Assembly: GCA_900554595.1 (NCBI GenBank)
Contig: USHZ01000001.1
Span: 1-45,609, forward strand
Direction: 5' to 3'
From: an uncultured Collinsella sp.
Lineage (GTDB): Bacteria; Actinomycetota; Coriobacteriia; Coriobacteriales; Coriobacteriaceae
Length of the DNA stretch: 45,609 nucleotides
Position numbers and translations under genes: made by a program. Below are positions 30,309-39,949 of the stretch, one piece after another. Every line of letters starts with the position of its first letter. Position 1 is the stretch's first letter. The notes beneath the pieces are model-generated. The model saw only the letters and a program-made list of their open reading frames with translations. It made no database searches and was not told where the DNA came from.

Positions 30309-31181
30309 ATGTTCGATATGGTTTCTCGCCGCGGTTTCGTCTCGCTCTCTGCTGTCGCCGCTGCCGGCCTTGGCCTTGCCGGCTGCTCCGGCAACAAGAC
30401 GTCTGAGCCGACTGGCTCCGCTGCCGGTTCTGCTAAGGCATCTTCCAAGAAAGCTGTCGAGCTTCAGGTCTTCGCTGCCAACTCTCTCGAGAAGGCCCTG
30501 CCCGAGGTCCAGGAGCTCTACACCGAGCAGACCGGCACCACCTTTGCCGACACGCAGTTTAAGGCCTCCGGCGACCTTGTCGAGCAGATGCGCGCCGGTG
30601 CCGCCGTCGACGTGCTCATCACGGCCTCCAAGGGCACCATGGACGACGCCGAGGCCGCCGAGCTCGTCGACGCCGACACGCGTGAGGATATGTTCGTCAA
30701 CGACCTCGTGATCATTCGCGCTGAGGGCTCCGACACCAAGATCGAGGCCATCGCCGACGTCGCGAATCTGGACGGCAAGATCGCCATTGGCGACGCCAAG
30801 ACCGTCCCCGCCGGCAAGTACGCCAACCAGGCACTGGCTTCCGTGGGCCTCTACACCGGTACCGAGGGTGACGACGGCGAGTATGCTCCCGAGCTTGCCG
30901 ACAAGGTGGCCCTGGCCGACAAGGTCGGCACCGCTGCGTCTTACGTCTCTACGGGCGACTGCGTGGCCGGTTTTGTCTACAGCTCCGATATCTTCCGCTA
31001 TGACGGCATCGAGGAGGCCTTCGTGTGCCCCGAGGACTCGCACAAGCCCATCGTGTATCCCGGTGCTGTCGCCGATAGCTCCGAGCACGCCGACGAGGCC
31101 AAGGCGTTTATCGACTTTTGCCTGTCCAATAAGAAGGCTCAGAAGATTTGGGCTAAGTACGGCTTTGAGCTTTCCGCGTAG
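30309..31181 (+). CDS. modA: Molybdate ABC transporter substrate-binding lipoprotein
   Basis: SRRGF twin-Arg-like signal + LAGC lipobox; FAANSL, ASGDL, VPAGKYA, VYSSD, PIVYP. Confidence 0.93.
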   Translation: MFDMVSRRGFVSLSAVAAAGLGLAGCSGNKTSEPTGSAAGSAKASSKKAVELQVFAANSLEKALPEVQELYTEQTGTTFADTQFKASGDLVEQMRAGAAVDVLITASKGTMDDAEAAELVDADTREDMFVNDLVIIRAEGSDTKIEAIADVANLDGKIAIGDAKTVPAGKYANQALASVGLYTGTEGDDGEYAPELADKVALADKVGTAASYVSTGDCVAGFVYSSDIFRYDGIEEAFVCPEDSHKPIVYPGAVADSSEHADEAKAFIDFCLSNKKAQKIWAKYGFELSA

Positions 31182-31249
31182 TGCGGCTTGGCGCGATAAT
31201 TCCATCGTTTTGTGTTTCACTCCGTCCTTGTATTCGCTTGGAGCTTTTC

Positions 31250-32692
31250 GTGCTTAATAGATTCAGCATGCTTGTCGCCTGTGCTTTGACCTTCGCGCTT
31301 TGCTGGGTGCCGGGATTTGCGTTTGCTGGGGTCGCTGAGGACGGGGCCCAAGTTGCTGCGACCGCTCATGGGCTTTCCTATGGGATTGAGGGTTTTGAGC
31401 GGTTGGCCAAGGGGACTGCTCGTGCCATGGAGGGCCAGCCTGAGGGCTACCGGTTTCCCGTTGACGAGGACGTGGACCTTGTAGTGGCGCCCGCTGCCGA
31501 TCGCGTTGTGGTGTGGATATCGCCCAAGGTGGTCGAGAAGTATGGATTGGATCCGCAGGACAACGAATGCGTATCGGGTCTCAAGGCCCTCGTCTGTAAG
31601 CTCGACAGCGCAAACTGCATGGGAGGTGCGCAGCTGGGGGACGTGGATCTTCCTTGGTATGTTACGGCGGAAACAACGTTTGATGCCGGCGGGTATACCT
31701 ATGGCTTTGACGAGCGCGGTGCGGATGGGGATCGCTATGTGGTGATTGCATCGGCCTCGGGTGATGCCAAGGGCGGCGCGCGTTGGCTTGATAGCGCTCA
31801 AATGATAGAGGCATCGTCTGTCGTGTTGCGGGATGAGCAGGGGCCCTTGGCCTCTCTGGCTTCCTTTTTAGGCGGCATCGACTACCGCCCGTTTTGGGTG
31901 TCCATAAAAACGAGCGGCCTTGCCCTGGTGATCTCCTTTGCACTGGGCCTGTTTGCCGCGTGGAAGACTATGGGTACCTCGAGTCGCATCAAGGGCCTGC
32001 TCGATTCAGTCTTTACGATTCCTATGGTGCTGCCGCCCACGGTCTGCGGCTTTCTGCTCCTCATGCTGTTTGGCCGCTCGACCGGGGTGGGCCAGTGGCT
32101 CATCGCGCACGGCATCTCGATCGTCTTTACCTGGCCTGCGGCGGTCATTTCGGCCGTCGTTGTGTCGTTTCCGCTGGTTTACCGCACGGCGCTTGGAGCC
32201 TTCGAGAGTCTCGACACGCAGATGCTCGACGCCGCACGAACCCTGGGATGGTCCGAGCGTCGCATCTTTGCCAAGCTCATGATGCCGCTCGGCTGGCCCT
32301 CCATCGCCGCCGGCGCGGTGCTTGCCTTCGCGCGTGCCATGGGCGAGTTTGGCTGCACCCTGTTCTTTGCGGGCAACTACGCCGGCATTACCCAGACCAT
32401 CCCCATCGCCATCTACTTTGAGTGGATGGGCGGCAACACGTCGGTGGCCCTCTTTTGGGTCGCCATCGTTATCGTGTTCAGTTTCCTGGTCATCCTGTTC
32501 ATCAACATGTACACGGCGCATTTTCAAAAGTATCGCGAGGGCGGTCTCTCCCGTGCGGAGCGCAAGCAGGCCAAAGAGCTCGCCGGACAGGGCGATTCGC
32601 TTGACCCGGTGGGCGGCGATGCCTTGCGCATCGATCGCGAGGCGCTGGCCGAGCTTATGCGCGATGACGCGGCACCTCAGGGAGGTCGATAA
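31250..32692 (+). CDS. modB: Molybdate ABC permease with long N-terminal extension
   Basis: C-terminal half: PMVLPPTVCGF, DAARTLG EAA loop, AFARAMGEFG, TQTIPIAIY; GTG start after TGGAG is inferred. Confidence 0.88.
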   Translation: MLNRFSMLVACALTFALCWVPGFAFAGVAEDGAQVAATAHGLSYGIEGFERLAKGTARAMEGQPEGYRFPVDEDVDLVVAPAADRVVVWISPKVVEKYGLDPQDNECVSGLKALVCKLDSANCMGGAQLGDVDLPWYVTAETTFDAGGYTYGFDERGADGDRYVVIASASGDAKGGARWLDSAQMIEASSVVLRDEQGPLASLASFLGGIDYRPFWVSIKTSGLALVISFALGLFAAWKTMGTSSRIKGLLDSVFTIPMVLPPTVCGFLLLMLFGRSTGVGQWLIAHGISIVFTWPAAVISAVVVSFPLVYRTALGAFESLDTQMLDAARTLGWSERRIFAKLMMPLGWPSIAAGAVLAFARAMGEFGCTLFFAGNYAGITQTIPIAIYFEWMGGNTSVALFWVAIVIVFSFLVILFINMYTAHFQKYREGGLSRAERKQAKELAGQGDSLDPVGGDALRIDREALAELMRDDAAPQGGR

Positions 32693-32695
32693 GCT

Positions 32696-33766
32696 ATGTC
32701 GCTCGTTTTGGATATCAAAAAACGCTATCCCGGGTTTATGCTCGACATGCAGCTTGAGGCCGGCGAGGAGCGTGTGGCGCTCCTGGGTGCCTCGGGTTGC
32801 GGCAAGAGCTGCACGTTGCGCTGCATTGCCGGCGTGGAGACACCCGACGAGGGGAAGATCGTCGTCAACGGCGTGACCTTTTTTGACTCGGTGGCGGGCA
32901 TCAATCTGTCGCCCCAGGAGCGAAAATGCGCCCTGATGTTTCAAAACTATCAGCTGTTCCCCAATATGACGGTGGCCGATAACGTGTGCGCCGGCGTTGA
33001 GGGTGCAGGCGACGCCGCGGCGCGCAGGCAACTTGCCGAACGCTACCTGGGTATCTTTGGACTGGCCGACTTTGCCGACCGCTATCCCGCGCGCCTCTCG
33101 GGCGGCCAGCAGCAGCGCGTGGCGCTCGCGCGCATGGTGGCGGCGCACCCGGGCATTTTAATGTTCGACGAGCCCATGAGCGCGCTCGACGCGTATCTCA
33201 AGAGCGCGCTTGAGCAGAACATGCTCGACCTGTTCGACGTCTGTAACCGTACCGTGCTCTACGTGAGCCACGACATCGACGAGGCATGCCGCTTGTGCCA
33301 GCGCATCTGCGTGATGCATAACGGGCATGTGGAGGAGATCGGCTCGGTCGATGAGGTGGTCCGTCATCCGCAAACGCTGGCGGCGCTGCGCCTGACGGGG
33401 TGCAAAAACACGAGCCGTGCGCGCAAGATCGGGCCCCAAGAAGTCGAGGCCCTCGACTGGGGCATGACCTTTAACGTGGGTCGCGAGGTTCCCGATGGTG
33501 TGGCGTACCTGGGCATTCGCGCAAGTTATTTCCATGTTGACAACCGTGCTGAGCGGGGCCGCAACAGCTATGATTTGCACGTGGCCCGTGTGAGCGATTC
33601 ACGTTTTGAGCGCCTGGTGCTGCTGGATGTGCCGCGTGCCGATGCGCCCACGCGTTTGCAGTGGAAGGTCAACAAGGTGGGCATACCTGTCGACGAGTTG
33701 CCGCAAGCAGGCGAGACGCTGCGCATGCATTTTGATGCCAGCAGGATCCATTTGGTTTGTCGATAG
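32696..33766 (+). CDS. modC: Molybdate ABC transporter ATPase
   Basis: GASGCGKS, FQNYQLFP, LSGGQQQR, DEPMSALD, VSHD. Confidence 0.92.
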   Translation: MSLVLDIKKRYPGFMLDMQLEAGEERVALLGASGCGKSCTLRCIAGVETPDEGKIVVNGVTFFDSVAGINLSPQERKCALMFQNYQLFPNMTVADNVCAGVEGAGDAAARRQLAERYLGIFGLADFADRYPARLSGGQQQRVALARMVAAHPGILMFDEPMSALDAYLKSALEQNMLDLFDVCNRTVLYVSHDIDEACRLCQRICVMHNGHVEEIGSVDEVVRHPQTLAALRLTGCKNTSRARKIGPQEVEALDWGMTFNVGREVPDGVAYLGIRASYFHVDNRAERGRNSYDLHVARVSDSRFERLVLLDVPRADAPTRLQWKVNKVGIPVDELPQAGETLRMHFDASRIHLVCR

Positions 33767-33969
33767 CGCCGGGTAATGCCGTCGGGGAATATAAGCCTCG
33801 GCGGCTTTGTTTTTGCCGTTCGCCGAATGAGGAATGACAAACTCTTATCAATCAAGATAATTATTTATTAGACGACGGCACACGACGCTGTCGTACGAAT
33901 GTCAACGGTGTTCGCATGGTCGATGACCGTTGATATAGTTGACCTCAACTTGTAAAGGAGGGTGCGCAC

Positions 33970-34038
33970 ATGCCGCAGACGACATACATTCGCCGCGTTG
34001 CCGCGCGTGCCCTGTATATGGCTCGGAGCCGCATATGA
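33970..34038 (+). CDS. Putative 22-aa leader peptide (MPQTTYIRRVAARALYMARSRI, UGA stop)
   Basis: Strong AAAGGAGG SD; TATAGT -10-like hexamer just upstream; lies in the leader of the Se cluster. Confidence 0.45.
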   Translation: MPQTTYIRRVAARALYMARSRI

Positions 34039-34197
34039 GCAGGTATGTTCACGGCTCCGGGAGAGACGACGCACAACTAAATAATCGACCGCAAAGCAGG
34101 TTCCCTAAAATTCCGGGTTTGAGCACGGTCGGGCAATCGCCGTCCGTCGTGCATCGATACCGCTGTTATCCGTTTTTGGTTCGAGAGGGGAACCGTT

Positions 34198-35481
34198 ATG
34201 GCTGAAGAATTTGATTTCCACCCGATGTGGGAGAGCCTCGGCATGAATCTTGCCGACCACGACATGCTGCTAGGCGCCGTGGGCCAGATGTATGGCGATA
34301 TGTTCTTGACGCAGAACAATCGCCCCAAGTCCACGTCCTACCTGGACTTTGTGGCCACCAACATCCACAGCGGCCGTATTAAGGAGATGCTCGACAAGAA
34401 GGAGGCTGGCGAGGCCACCAAAATCGTGGGCTCGTTCTGCGTGTACGTGCCCGAGGAGATCGTGCTTGCCTGTGACGGCATTCCCGTTGGTCTGTGCTCG
34501 GGTGCCGATTGGGCAACGGACAAGGTCGAGGAGCACTTGCCGCGCAACACTTGTCCGCTTATCAAGAGCTTTGCCGGCTTTAAGCTGGGTGAGGTCTGCC
34601 CCTACATCGAGTCGAGTGACTTGGTGGTAGGCGAGAACACCTGCGATGGCAAGAAGAAGGCCTACGAGTTTTTTGCCACGCAAAAGAACATGTACGTCAT
34701 GGATATTCCCAACGTGCACGACGAGTCGACGCTCGTGACCTGGAAGGCCGAGGTTAAAAAGCTCGCCGTCAAGATTGAGGAAGAGTGCGGCGTCACGATT
34801 ACGCCTGAGCGTCTGAAGGCCGCCATCCGCGCCGTCAATGAGAAGCGTCGCGCCCTGCAGCGCCTCGCTGCCACGCGCGCTGCCGACCCAGCGCCCATTA
34901 GCGGTCTCGACAGCCTGCTGACCGTTCAGGCCGCCTTTATGGACGACACGCCGCGTCTGACCGGAGCCATCAACGATATGGCGGCCGAGTGTGAGCAGCG
35001 TGTCGAGGCCGGCGAGGGCGTAGCACCCAAGGGGACCAAGCGCATCCTGTACACCGGTACGCCCATGGCCGTGCCCAACTGGAAGCTGTTCAGCCTCATC
35101 GAGAAAGCCGGCGGCATTGTGGTAGGCGAGGAGTCCTGCACGGGCTCGCGCTACTACAAGGATCTGGTCGACGAGTCCGGCGAGACGGTCGACGAGATGC
35201 TCGACGCCATCGCCGAGCGCTACTTTAAGATCAACTGTGCCGTCTTTACGCCCAACGACCAGCGAATGAAGGACATTGTCCAGATGGCCAAGGACCTGCA
35301 TGCCGACGGCATTGTCGACGTGGCCCTGCAGTTCTGCACGCTCTACGAGATGGAGTCGTTTGCCGTGGAGAAGGCCGCCGAGGAGGCCGGCATTCCGTTT
35401 ATGCGCATCACGACCGACTATGCCGGCGAGGACGCCGGCCAACTGCAAACCAGGATCGAGGCTTTCTTGGAAACCATTTAG
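34198..35481 (+). CDS. Double-cubane-cluster protein (DCCP) / 2-hydroxyacyl-CoA dehydratase family, long N-terminal type
   Basis: [69 protein letters not shown]. Confidence 0.9.
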   Translation: MAEEFDFHPMWESLGMNLADHDMLLGAVGQMYGDMFLTQNNRPKSTSYLDFVATNIHSGRIKEMLDKKEAGEATKIVGSFCVYVPEEIVLACDGIPVGLCSGADWATDKVEEHLPRNTCPLIKSFAGFKLGEVCPYIESSDLVVGENTCDGKKKAYEFFATQKNMYVMDIPNVHDESTLVTWKAEVKKLAVKIEEECGVTITPERLKAAIRAVNEKRRALQRLAATRAADPAPISGLDSLLTVQAAFMDDTPRLTGAINDMAAECEQRVEAGEGVAPKGTKRILYTGTPMAVPNWKLFSLIEKAGGIVVGEESCTGSRYYKDLVDESGETVDEMLDAIAERYFKINCAVFTPNDQRMKDIVQMAKDLHADGIVDVALQFCTLYEMESFAVEKAAEEAGIPFMRITTDYAGEDAGQLQTRIEAFLETI

Positions 35482-35494
35482 GGCTATCCGTCTC

Positions 35495-35601
35495 GGCGGC
35501 TTCCCCAGGCACCCGATCTTGCCGTTCAAACCGTCGCTTGCGTACCAGAAGTACGCGGCGCTCCTCTTTCACGGCAACCTCGGGCACCTGGGAAAGCCGT
35601 T
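35495..35601. repeat. Palindromic element family 1, copy C
   Basis: ~31-nt arms 35495-35525 and 35571-35601, 45-nt loop TCAAACCGTCG...CTCCTCTTTC. Confidence 0.8.
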
Positions 35602-35636
35602 TCCTTGGTTGGTTAAAAGGTCTGTTAAGGAGTTAT

Positions 35637-36800
35637 ATGTCGGAAAATACTGAGCAGCCGTTGCCGCGCACGTTTGAGGAGTTCAACGAGCAACGCAAGG
35701 CGGCGTTTATTCGCGTCAAGGATTATAAGCAGGCGGGTAATCGCCTGGTCGGCTTTTTGTGCAGCTATACGCCGCTCGAGATTATCGATGCCGCGGGCGC
35801 TGCAAGTGTGGCCTTGTGCGGCACATCCGACGAGGTGATTCCCGAGGCCGAGAAGGTGCTGCCGGCAAATCTGTGTCCGCTCATCAAATCGACGTACGGC
35901 TTTGCCTATTCGCAAAAGTGCCCGTTTACGTACTTTAGCGACATGATCATCGGCGAGACCACCTGCGACGGCAAGAAGAAGATGTACGAGCTACTCAACG
36001 AGCTCAAGCGCACGCACATTCTGCATCTTCCGCAGGGTCGCGATCGTGCCTACGAGCGTGAAGGCTGGTACGAGGAGTGCCGCCTGCTCAAGGAGGAGCT
36101 CGAGGGCTTCTACGGCATCACGATTACCGACGATGACCTGCGCGCTGCCGTCCGTCGTCGCAACCGCTTGCGTGCGGCCCAGCTCGAGATGTTTGCACTG
36201 CAGGCCAACCAGCCGGCGGCCATGAGCGGCGTCGACCTGATGAGCACCATGTTTGCCGGTACGTTCAGCTTTGATATCGAGGCCTATACGCAGCAGCTGG
36301 AGCAAAAGGTCGCCAAGCTGCGCGAGGCCTACGACGCGGGCGAGCGCCCGGTCGCGGCGGATGCCAAGCGCATTCTGATCACCGGCTGCCCGGTGGGCGG
36401 CGTGATCAACAAGATCGGTCGCACCATCGAGTCCAACGGCGGTGTGGTCGTGTGCATGGACGACTGCTCGGGCGAGCGCACGGCGGCCATGATGATCGAC
36501 CCGGAGGCTCCCGACATCCTGCGCGCCATCGCCGACCGCTACTTGGATATCAACTGCTCGGTCATGACGCCCAACGACGGTCGTATGGAAAACACGCTGG
36601 CCATGTGCGAGAAGTATCACGTCGATGGCGTAGTGGAGAGCGTGCTCCAGGCGTGCCACACCTTTAACGTGGAGAGTGCGCGCATGCAGGAGGCTGTCGA
36701 GGGTGCGGGTATTCCGTATATGAAGATCGAGACCGACTACAGCAACGGCGACATGGGCCAGATCGAGACGCGCATCGCTGCCTTCATCGAAACCCTGTAG
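35637..36800 (+). CDS. Double-cubane-cluster protein, YjiM-like (2-hydroxyacyl-CoA dehydratase family)
   Basis: [68 protein letters not shown]. Confidence 0.9.
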   Translation: MSENTEQPLPRTFEEFNEQRKAAFIRVKDYKQAGNRLVGFLCSYTPLEIIDAAGAASVALCGTSDEVIPEAEKVLPANLCPLIKSTYGFAYSQKCPFTYFSDMIIGETTCDGKKKMYELLNELKRTHILHLPQGRDRAYEREGWYEECRLLKEELEGFYGITITDDDLRAAVRRRNRLRAAQLEMFALQANQPAAMSGVDLMSTMFAGTFSFDIEAYTQQLEQKVAKLREAYDAGERPVAADAKRILITGCPVGGVINKIGRTIESNGGVVVCMDDCSGERTAAMMIDPEAPDILRAIADRYLDINCSVMTPNDGRMENTLAMCEKYHVDGVVESVLQACHTFNVESARMQEAVEGAGIPYMKIETDYSNGDMGQIETRIAAFIETL

Positions 36801-36850
36801 GACAAATGCGGCAAAGGGATAGCTGCTTTGCCGCATAGAAGGAGGATGCC

Positions 36851-37615
36851 GTGGTTGGCATTGGTATCGACATAGGCTCGACGGCCGCGAAGGCTGCGGT
36901 GGTGGAGACGGACAACGCCATTGCGTGGACCTGCGTCATGCCGACGGGGTATTCGTCGGTCGATGCGGCCGAGCGCCTACGCGGTGAACTCGCCGCAGCC
37001 GGCTATGACGTGACGGGCGACGATGTTCGCGTGGTCGCGACTGGGTACGGCCGTGTCGCGGTGCCCTATGCCAACAAGGTAGTGACCGAGATCACCTGCC
37101 ATGGTGCCGGTGCGGTCCGCCTGTTTGGCGAGCAGGGCACGGTGATCGACGTGGGCGGCCAGGATACCAAGGTCATCCAACTCAAGGGCGGCCGCGTGGC
37201 AAAGTTCGCCATGAACGACAAGTGCGCCGCCGGCACGGGGCGCTTTCTGGAGATCATGGCCGACCGCCTGGGCATTACCCAGCAGCAGATGGCAGACCTC
37301 GCCCGCACCGGCGAGCCTACCAAGATTTCTAGCATGTGTACCGTGTTTGCCGAAAGCGAGGTCATCAGCCTGATCGGTCGCGGTGAGCCGCGCGAGAACA
37401 TTGCGCGTGGCGTGATCGACAGCGTGGTCTCGCGCGTGGCGACCATGGCCGGACAGGCCGCGGGCGCCCCGTACTACCTGACCGGTGGCCTGTGCGAGAA
37501 CGCCTTCGTAGTGGAGCGGTTGGGCGAGCTACTGGGGTCGCCGGTGACCACCTCGCCCCAGGCTCGCTTTGCCGGAGCGATCGGCGCGGCTGTCCGCGCC
37601 GCCGCCTTGGCCTAG
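36851..37615 (+). CDS. ATP-dependent [4Fe-4S] activator (HgdC/YjiL/DCCP-R type)
   Basis: GIDIGST, ATGYGR, TEITCH, DVGGQDTK, MNDKCAAGTGRFLE, SMCTVFAESE. Confidence 0.94.
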   Translation: MVGIGIDIGSTAAKAAVVETDNAIAWTCVMPTGYSSVDAAERLRGELAAAGYDVTGDDVRVVATGYGRVAVPYANKVVTEITCHGAGAVRLFGEQGTVIDVGGQDTKVIQLKGGRVAKFAMNDKCAAGTGRFLEIMADRLGITQQQMADLARTGEPTKISSMCTVFAESEVISLIGRGEPRENIARGVIDSVVSRVATMAGQAAGAPYYLTGGLCENAFVVERLGELLGSPVTTSPQARFAGAIGAAVRAAALA

Positions 37616-37629
37616 GGGTGTACCGCGAC

Positions 37630-38847
37630 ATGCGCATCCTCAATATCTCGGCACAAAAACCAGATAGCACTGGCAGTGGCACCTACCTTGCCGCGCTCGT
37701 GCGCGAACAGATCGAGACGGGACATCGCGCCGCCGTGCTTTGCGGCGCGGCACCGGGTGATACCCAAGGCGAGCTGGACCGGCGTGCTGCCGTGTTTGCC
37801 GTACCGTTCGAGTCGCCCGAGCTGCCGTTTCCCATCTGTGGCATGTCCGATGTCATGCCCTATCCCTCCACACGCTATCGTGATCTGACGCCTTCGATGC
37901 TCAAGGCATTTGAGCGGGCATTTGCTGCTGCAATCGATCGGGCGGTGGCTGAGTTTCGGCCCGATCTGGTGCTCTGCCATCACCTGTATCTGGTGACCGC
38001 ATTGGCGCGCGAGTGCGTCCGAGGCGTGCCGGTTGTTGCCGTGTGTCATTCGACCGACCTGCGCCAGCTGCGTTCGCATACGCTCGAACGCGATCGCATC
38101 GTAAGTGCGGTTCGTCGGCTCGATGCCGTCTTTGCACTCCATGCTGAGCAGGCTGAGCAGATTGGCCTGGTGTGCGGCGTCGATGCCGATCGTATCCACG
38201 TGATTGGGACGGGCTACGACCATCGCGTCTTCTGCCGCGATGCAAGCGTGGCGAGGCAGCCGGGATCGCTTGTGTACGTGGGCAAGATTTGCTTTAAAAA
38301 GGGCGTCGAGTCGCTGGTTCGAGCTGTGTCATTACCGATTGACGATGGCGTCCGCCCATCTGGCTTGGTACTTGTGGGCGGCCGCGGGGACGATGCCGAG
38401 TACGCGCGTATCGAGCGCTTGACCGCGGCCTCGGATGTGCCGGTGACGCTGGCGGGGCGCCTGGATAGCGATGGGCTCGTGCGTGCCTACCGCAGTTCCG
38501 ACGTCTTTGTGCTGCCTTCGTTTTACGAGGGTCTGCCGCTCGTGACGATCGAGGCCCTCGCGTGCGGCTGCAAAGTTGTGGCGACCGATTTGCCCGGCGT
38601 TCGTCCCTGGATGGAGGCGATGCTTCCCGGTGCTCCCGTGACGTGGGTGGCGTCGCCGCGTATGACGGATGTCGACACGCCCGTGGCGGCCGACCTTCCG
38701 TTGTTTGAGCGCGCACTGGCAGATGCTATCGCGCAGGCGCTTGCGGCGCCGCTTTCGACGTTCGAGCCGTCGGCGGTCTCTTGGGAAGCGTGCCTGGCGC
38801 GTATACTTAAAGCCGTTGATTTGTTGGAAGGGGGTTCGTATGGCTAA
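37630..38847 (+). CDS. Glycosyltransferase family 4 (GT-B)
   Basis: MRILNISAQKP..TGSG N-terminus, YVGKI..KKG, VLPSFYEGLPLVTIEALACG (EX7E). Confidence 0.9.
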   Translation: MRILNISAQKPDSTGSGTYLAALVREQIETGHRAAVLCGAAPGDTQGELDRRAAVFAVPFESPELPFPICGMSDVMPYPSTRYRDLTPSMLKAFERAFAAAIDRAVAEFRPDLVLCHHLYLVTALARECVRGVPVVAVCHSTDLRQLRSHTLERDRIVSAVRRLDAVFALHAEQAEQIGLVCGVDADRIHVIGTGYDHRVFCRDASVARQPGSLVYVGKICFKKGVESLVRAVSLPIDDGVRPSGLVLVGGRGDDAEYARIERLTAASDVPVTLAGRLDSDGLVRAYRSSDVFVLPSFYEGLPLVTIEALACGCKVVATDLPGVRPWMEAMLPGAPVTWVASPRMTDVDTPVAADLPLFERALADAIAQALAAPLSTFEPSAVSWEACLARILKAVDLLEGGSYG

Positions 38848-39889
38848 GGACACCATGAGGCTCACGTCTATGACTGCCGCGAGCGGTTGAGCCGCTAAGT
38901 TGGCTCCTGGAGCCCTCGCCCAGGTCCTGGGCGACTTGCCCAATGTGCATAACGATAACCTGCTCGTGGGGTTCGATACCTCCGACGATGCGAGTGTCTT
39001 TCGTGTTGGCGAGAACTTGGGTCTCGTGCAATCCATCGACTTCTTCCCGCCGATGGTCGACGATCCCTATTTGTTCGGTCAGATTGCCGCGGCCAACTCG
39101 CTGTCGGACATCTACGCCATGGGCGGGCGGCCGAGCCATGCCATGAACCTTCTGTGCATCCCCAGTTGCCTGGGCGTTGAGGTTGCCGGGCAGATTTTGG
39201 CGGGTGGCGCCGACAAGTGCGTCGAGGCGGGTTGCTCCATCGCGGGCGGCCACACCATCAACGACGACGAGCCCAAGTACGGCTTGTCCGTGAGCGGCTT
39301 TGTCGCGCTCGACCGTATGCTCGCCAACAGCGGCGCGCGCGTGGGCGATGTCCTGCTGCTGACCAAGGCGATCGGCTCGGGCATCATCACCACGGCCATT
39401 AAGGGCGAGCTCATCGAACAGGATGGCGCCAGCCCGATGTTCGACTCGATGCGTACCCTCAACGAGGCCCCGATTCGTCTGGCCGAGGGCCTCGAGCTTC
39501 ACGGCTGCACTGACGTCACGGGCTTTGGCCTGATCGGGCACGCGTGCGAGATGGCCGAGGGCTCGGGCGTGCAGATTGAACTGACGTCGGGCGCGGTGCC
39601 GCTCTTTGACCAGGTGCTCGACATGGCGCGTCTGGGCATTATCCCCGCCGGCGCCTACCGCAACCAGGACTTCTTTGGCTCGCGCGTGACGGCCGACGAT
39701 GACCTGGAGCCAGGCATGCTGGATGCGCTGTACGATCCACAGACCTCGGGTGGCTTGCTCATCGCGGCGCCTGCTGCCGATGTGGATGAGCTCGCGCGTC
39801 GTCTGCATGCCGAGGATCGCATCGCCGCCGTTGTCGGTCGCGTGTGCGAGGCGGTGCCGGGCGGTCCTGCTGTTCGCGTTGTGCATTAA
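38840..39889 (+). CDS. selD: Selenide, water dikinase (selenophosphate synthetase), selenocysteine-containing (U17)
   Basis: ATG 38840 in frame with TGA 38888-38890 and ORF 38900-39889: MAKDTMRLTSMTAASG-U-AAKL; DDASV, DFFPP, GQIAAANSLSDIYAMGG, GGHT, TDVTGFGL, DPQTSGGL. Confidence 0.95.
38916..38934 (+). promoter_or_regulatory. Bacterial SECIS hairpin of selD
   Basis: TCGCCCA-GGTCC-TGGGCGA; G-starting apical loop about 33 nt 3' of the UGA. Confidence 0.75.
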
Positions 39890-39949
39890 GGAAAACCGTT
39901 TATGCGACCGTCCGTTGTTCTGGGCGGTCTCTTTTGAAAGGAATTTACT

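Noticed and set aside
34080..34160. c-di-GMP-I riboswitch (CGCAAAGC...CCTAA resemblance)
   Set aside because: Lacks the upstream GGCAAA/GNRA tetraloop stem; the match is too partial.
38669..38890. 73-aa ORF ending at TGA 38890
   Set aside because: Its last 16 codons are the true selD N-terminus; the TGA is best read as Sec.
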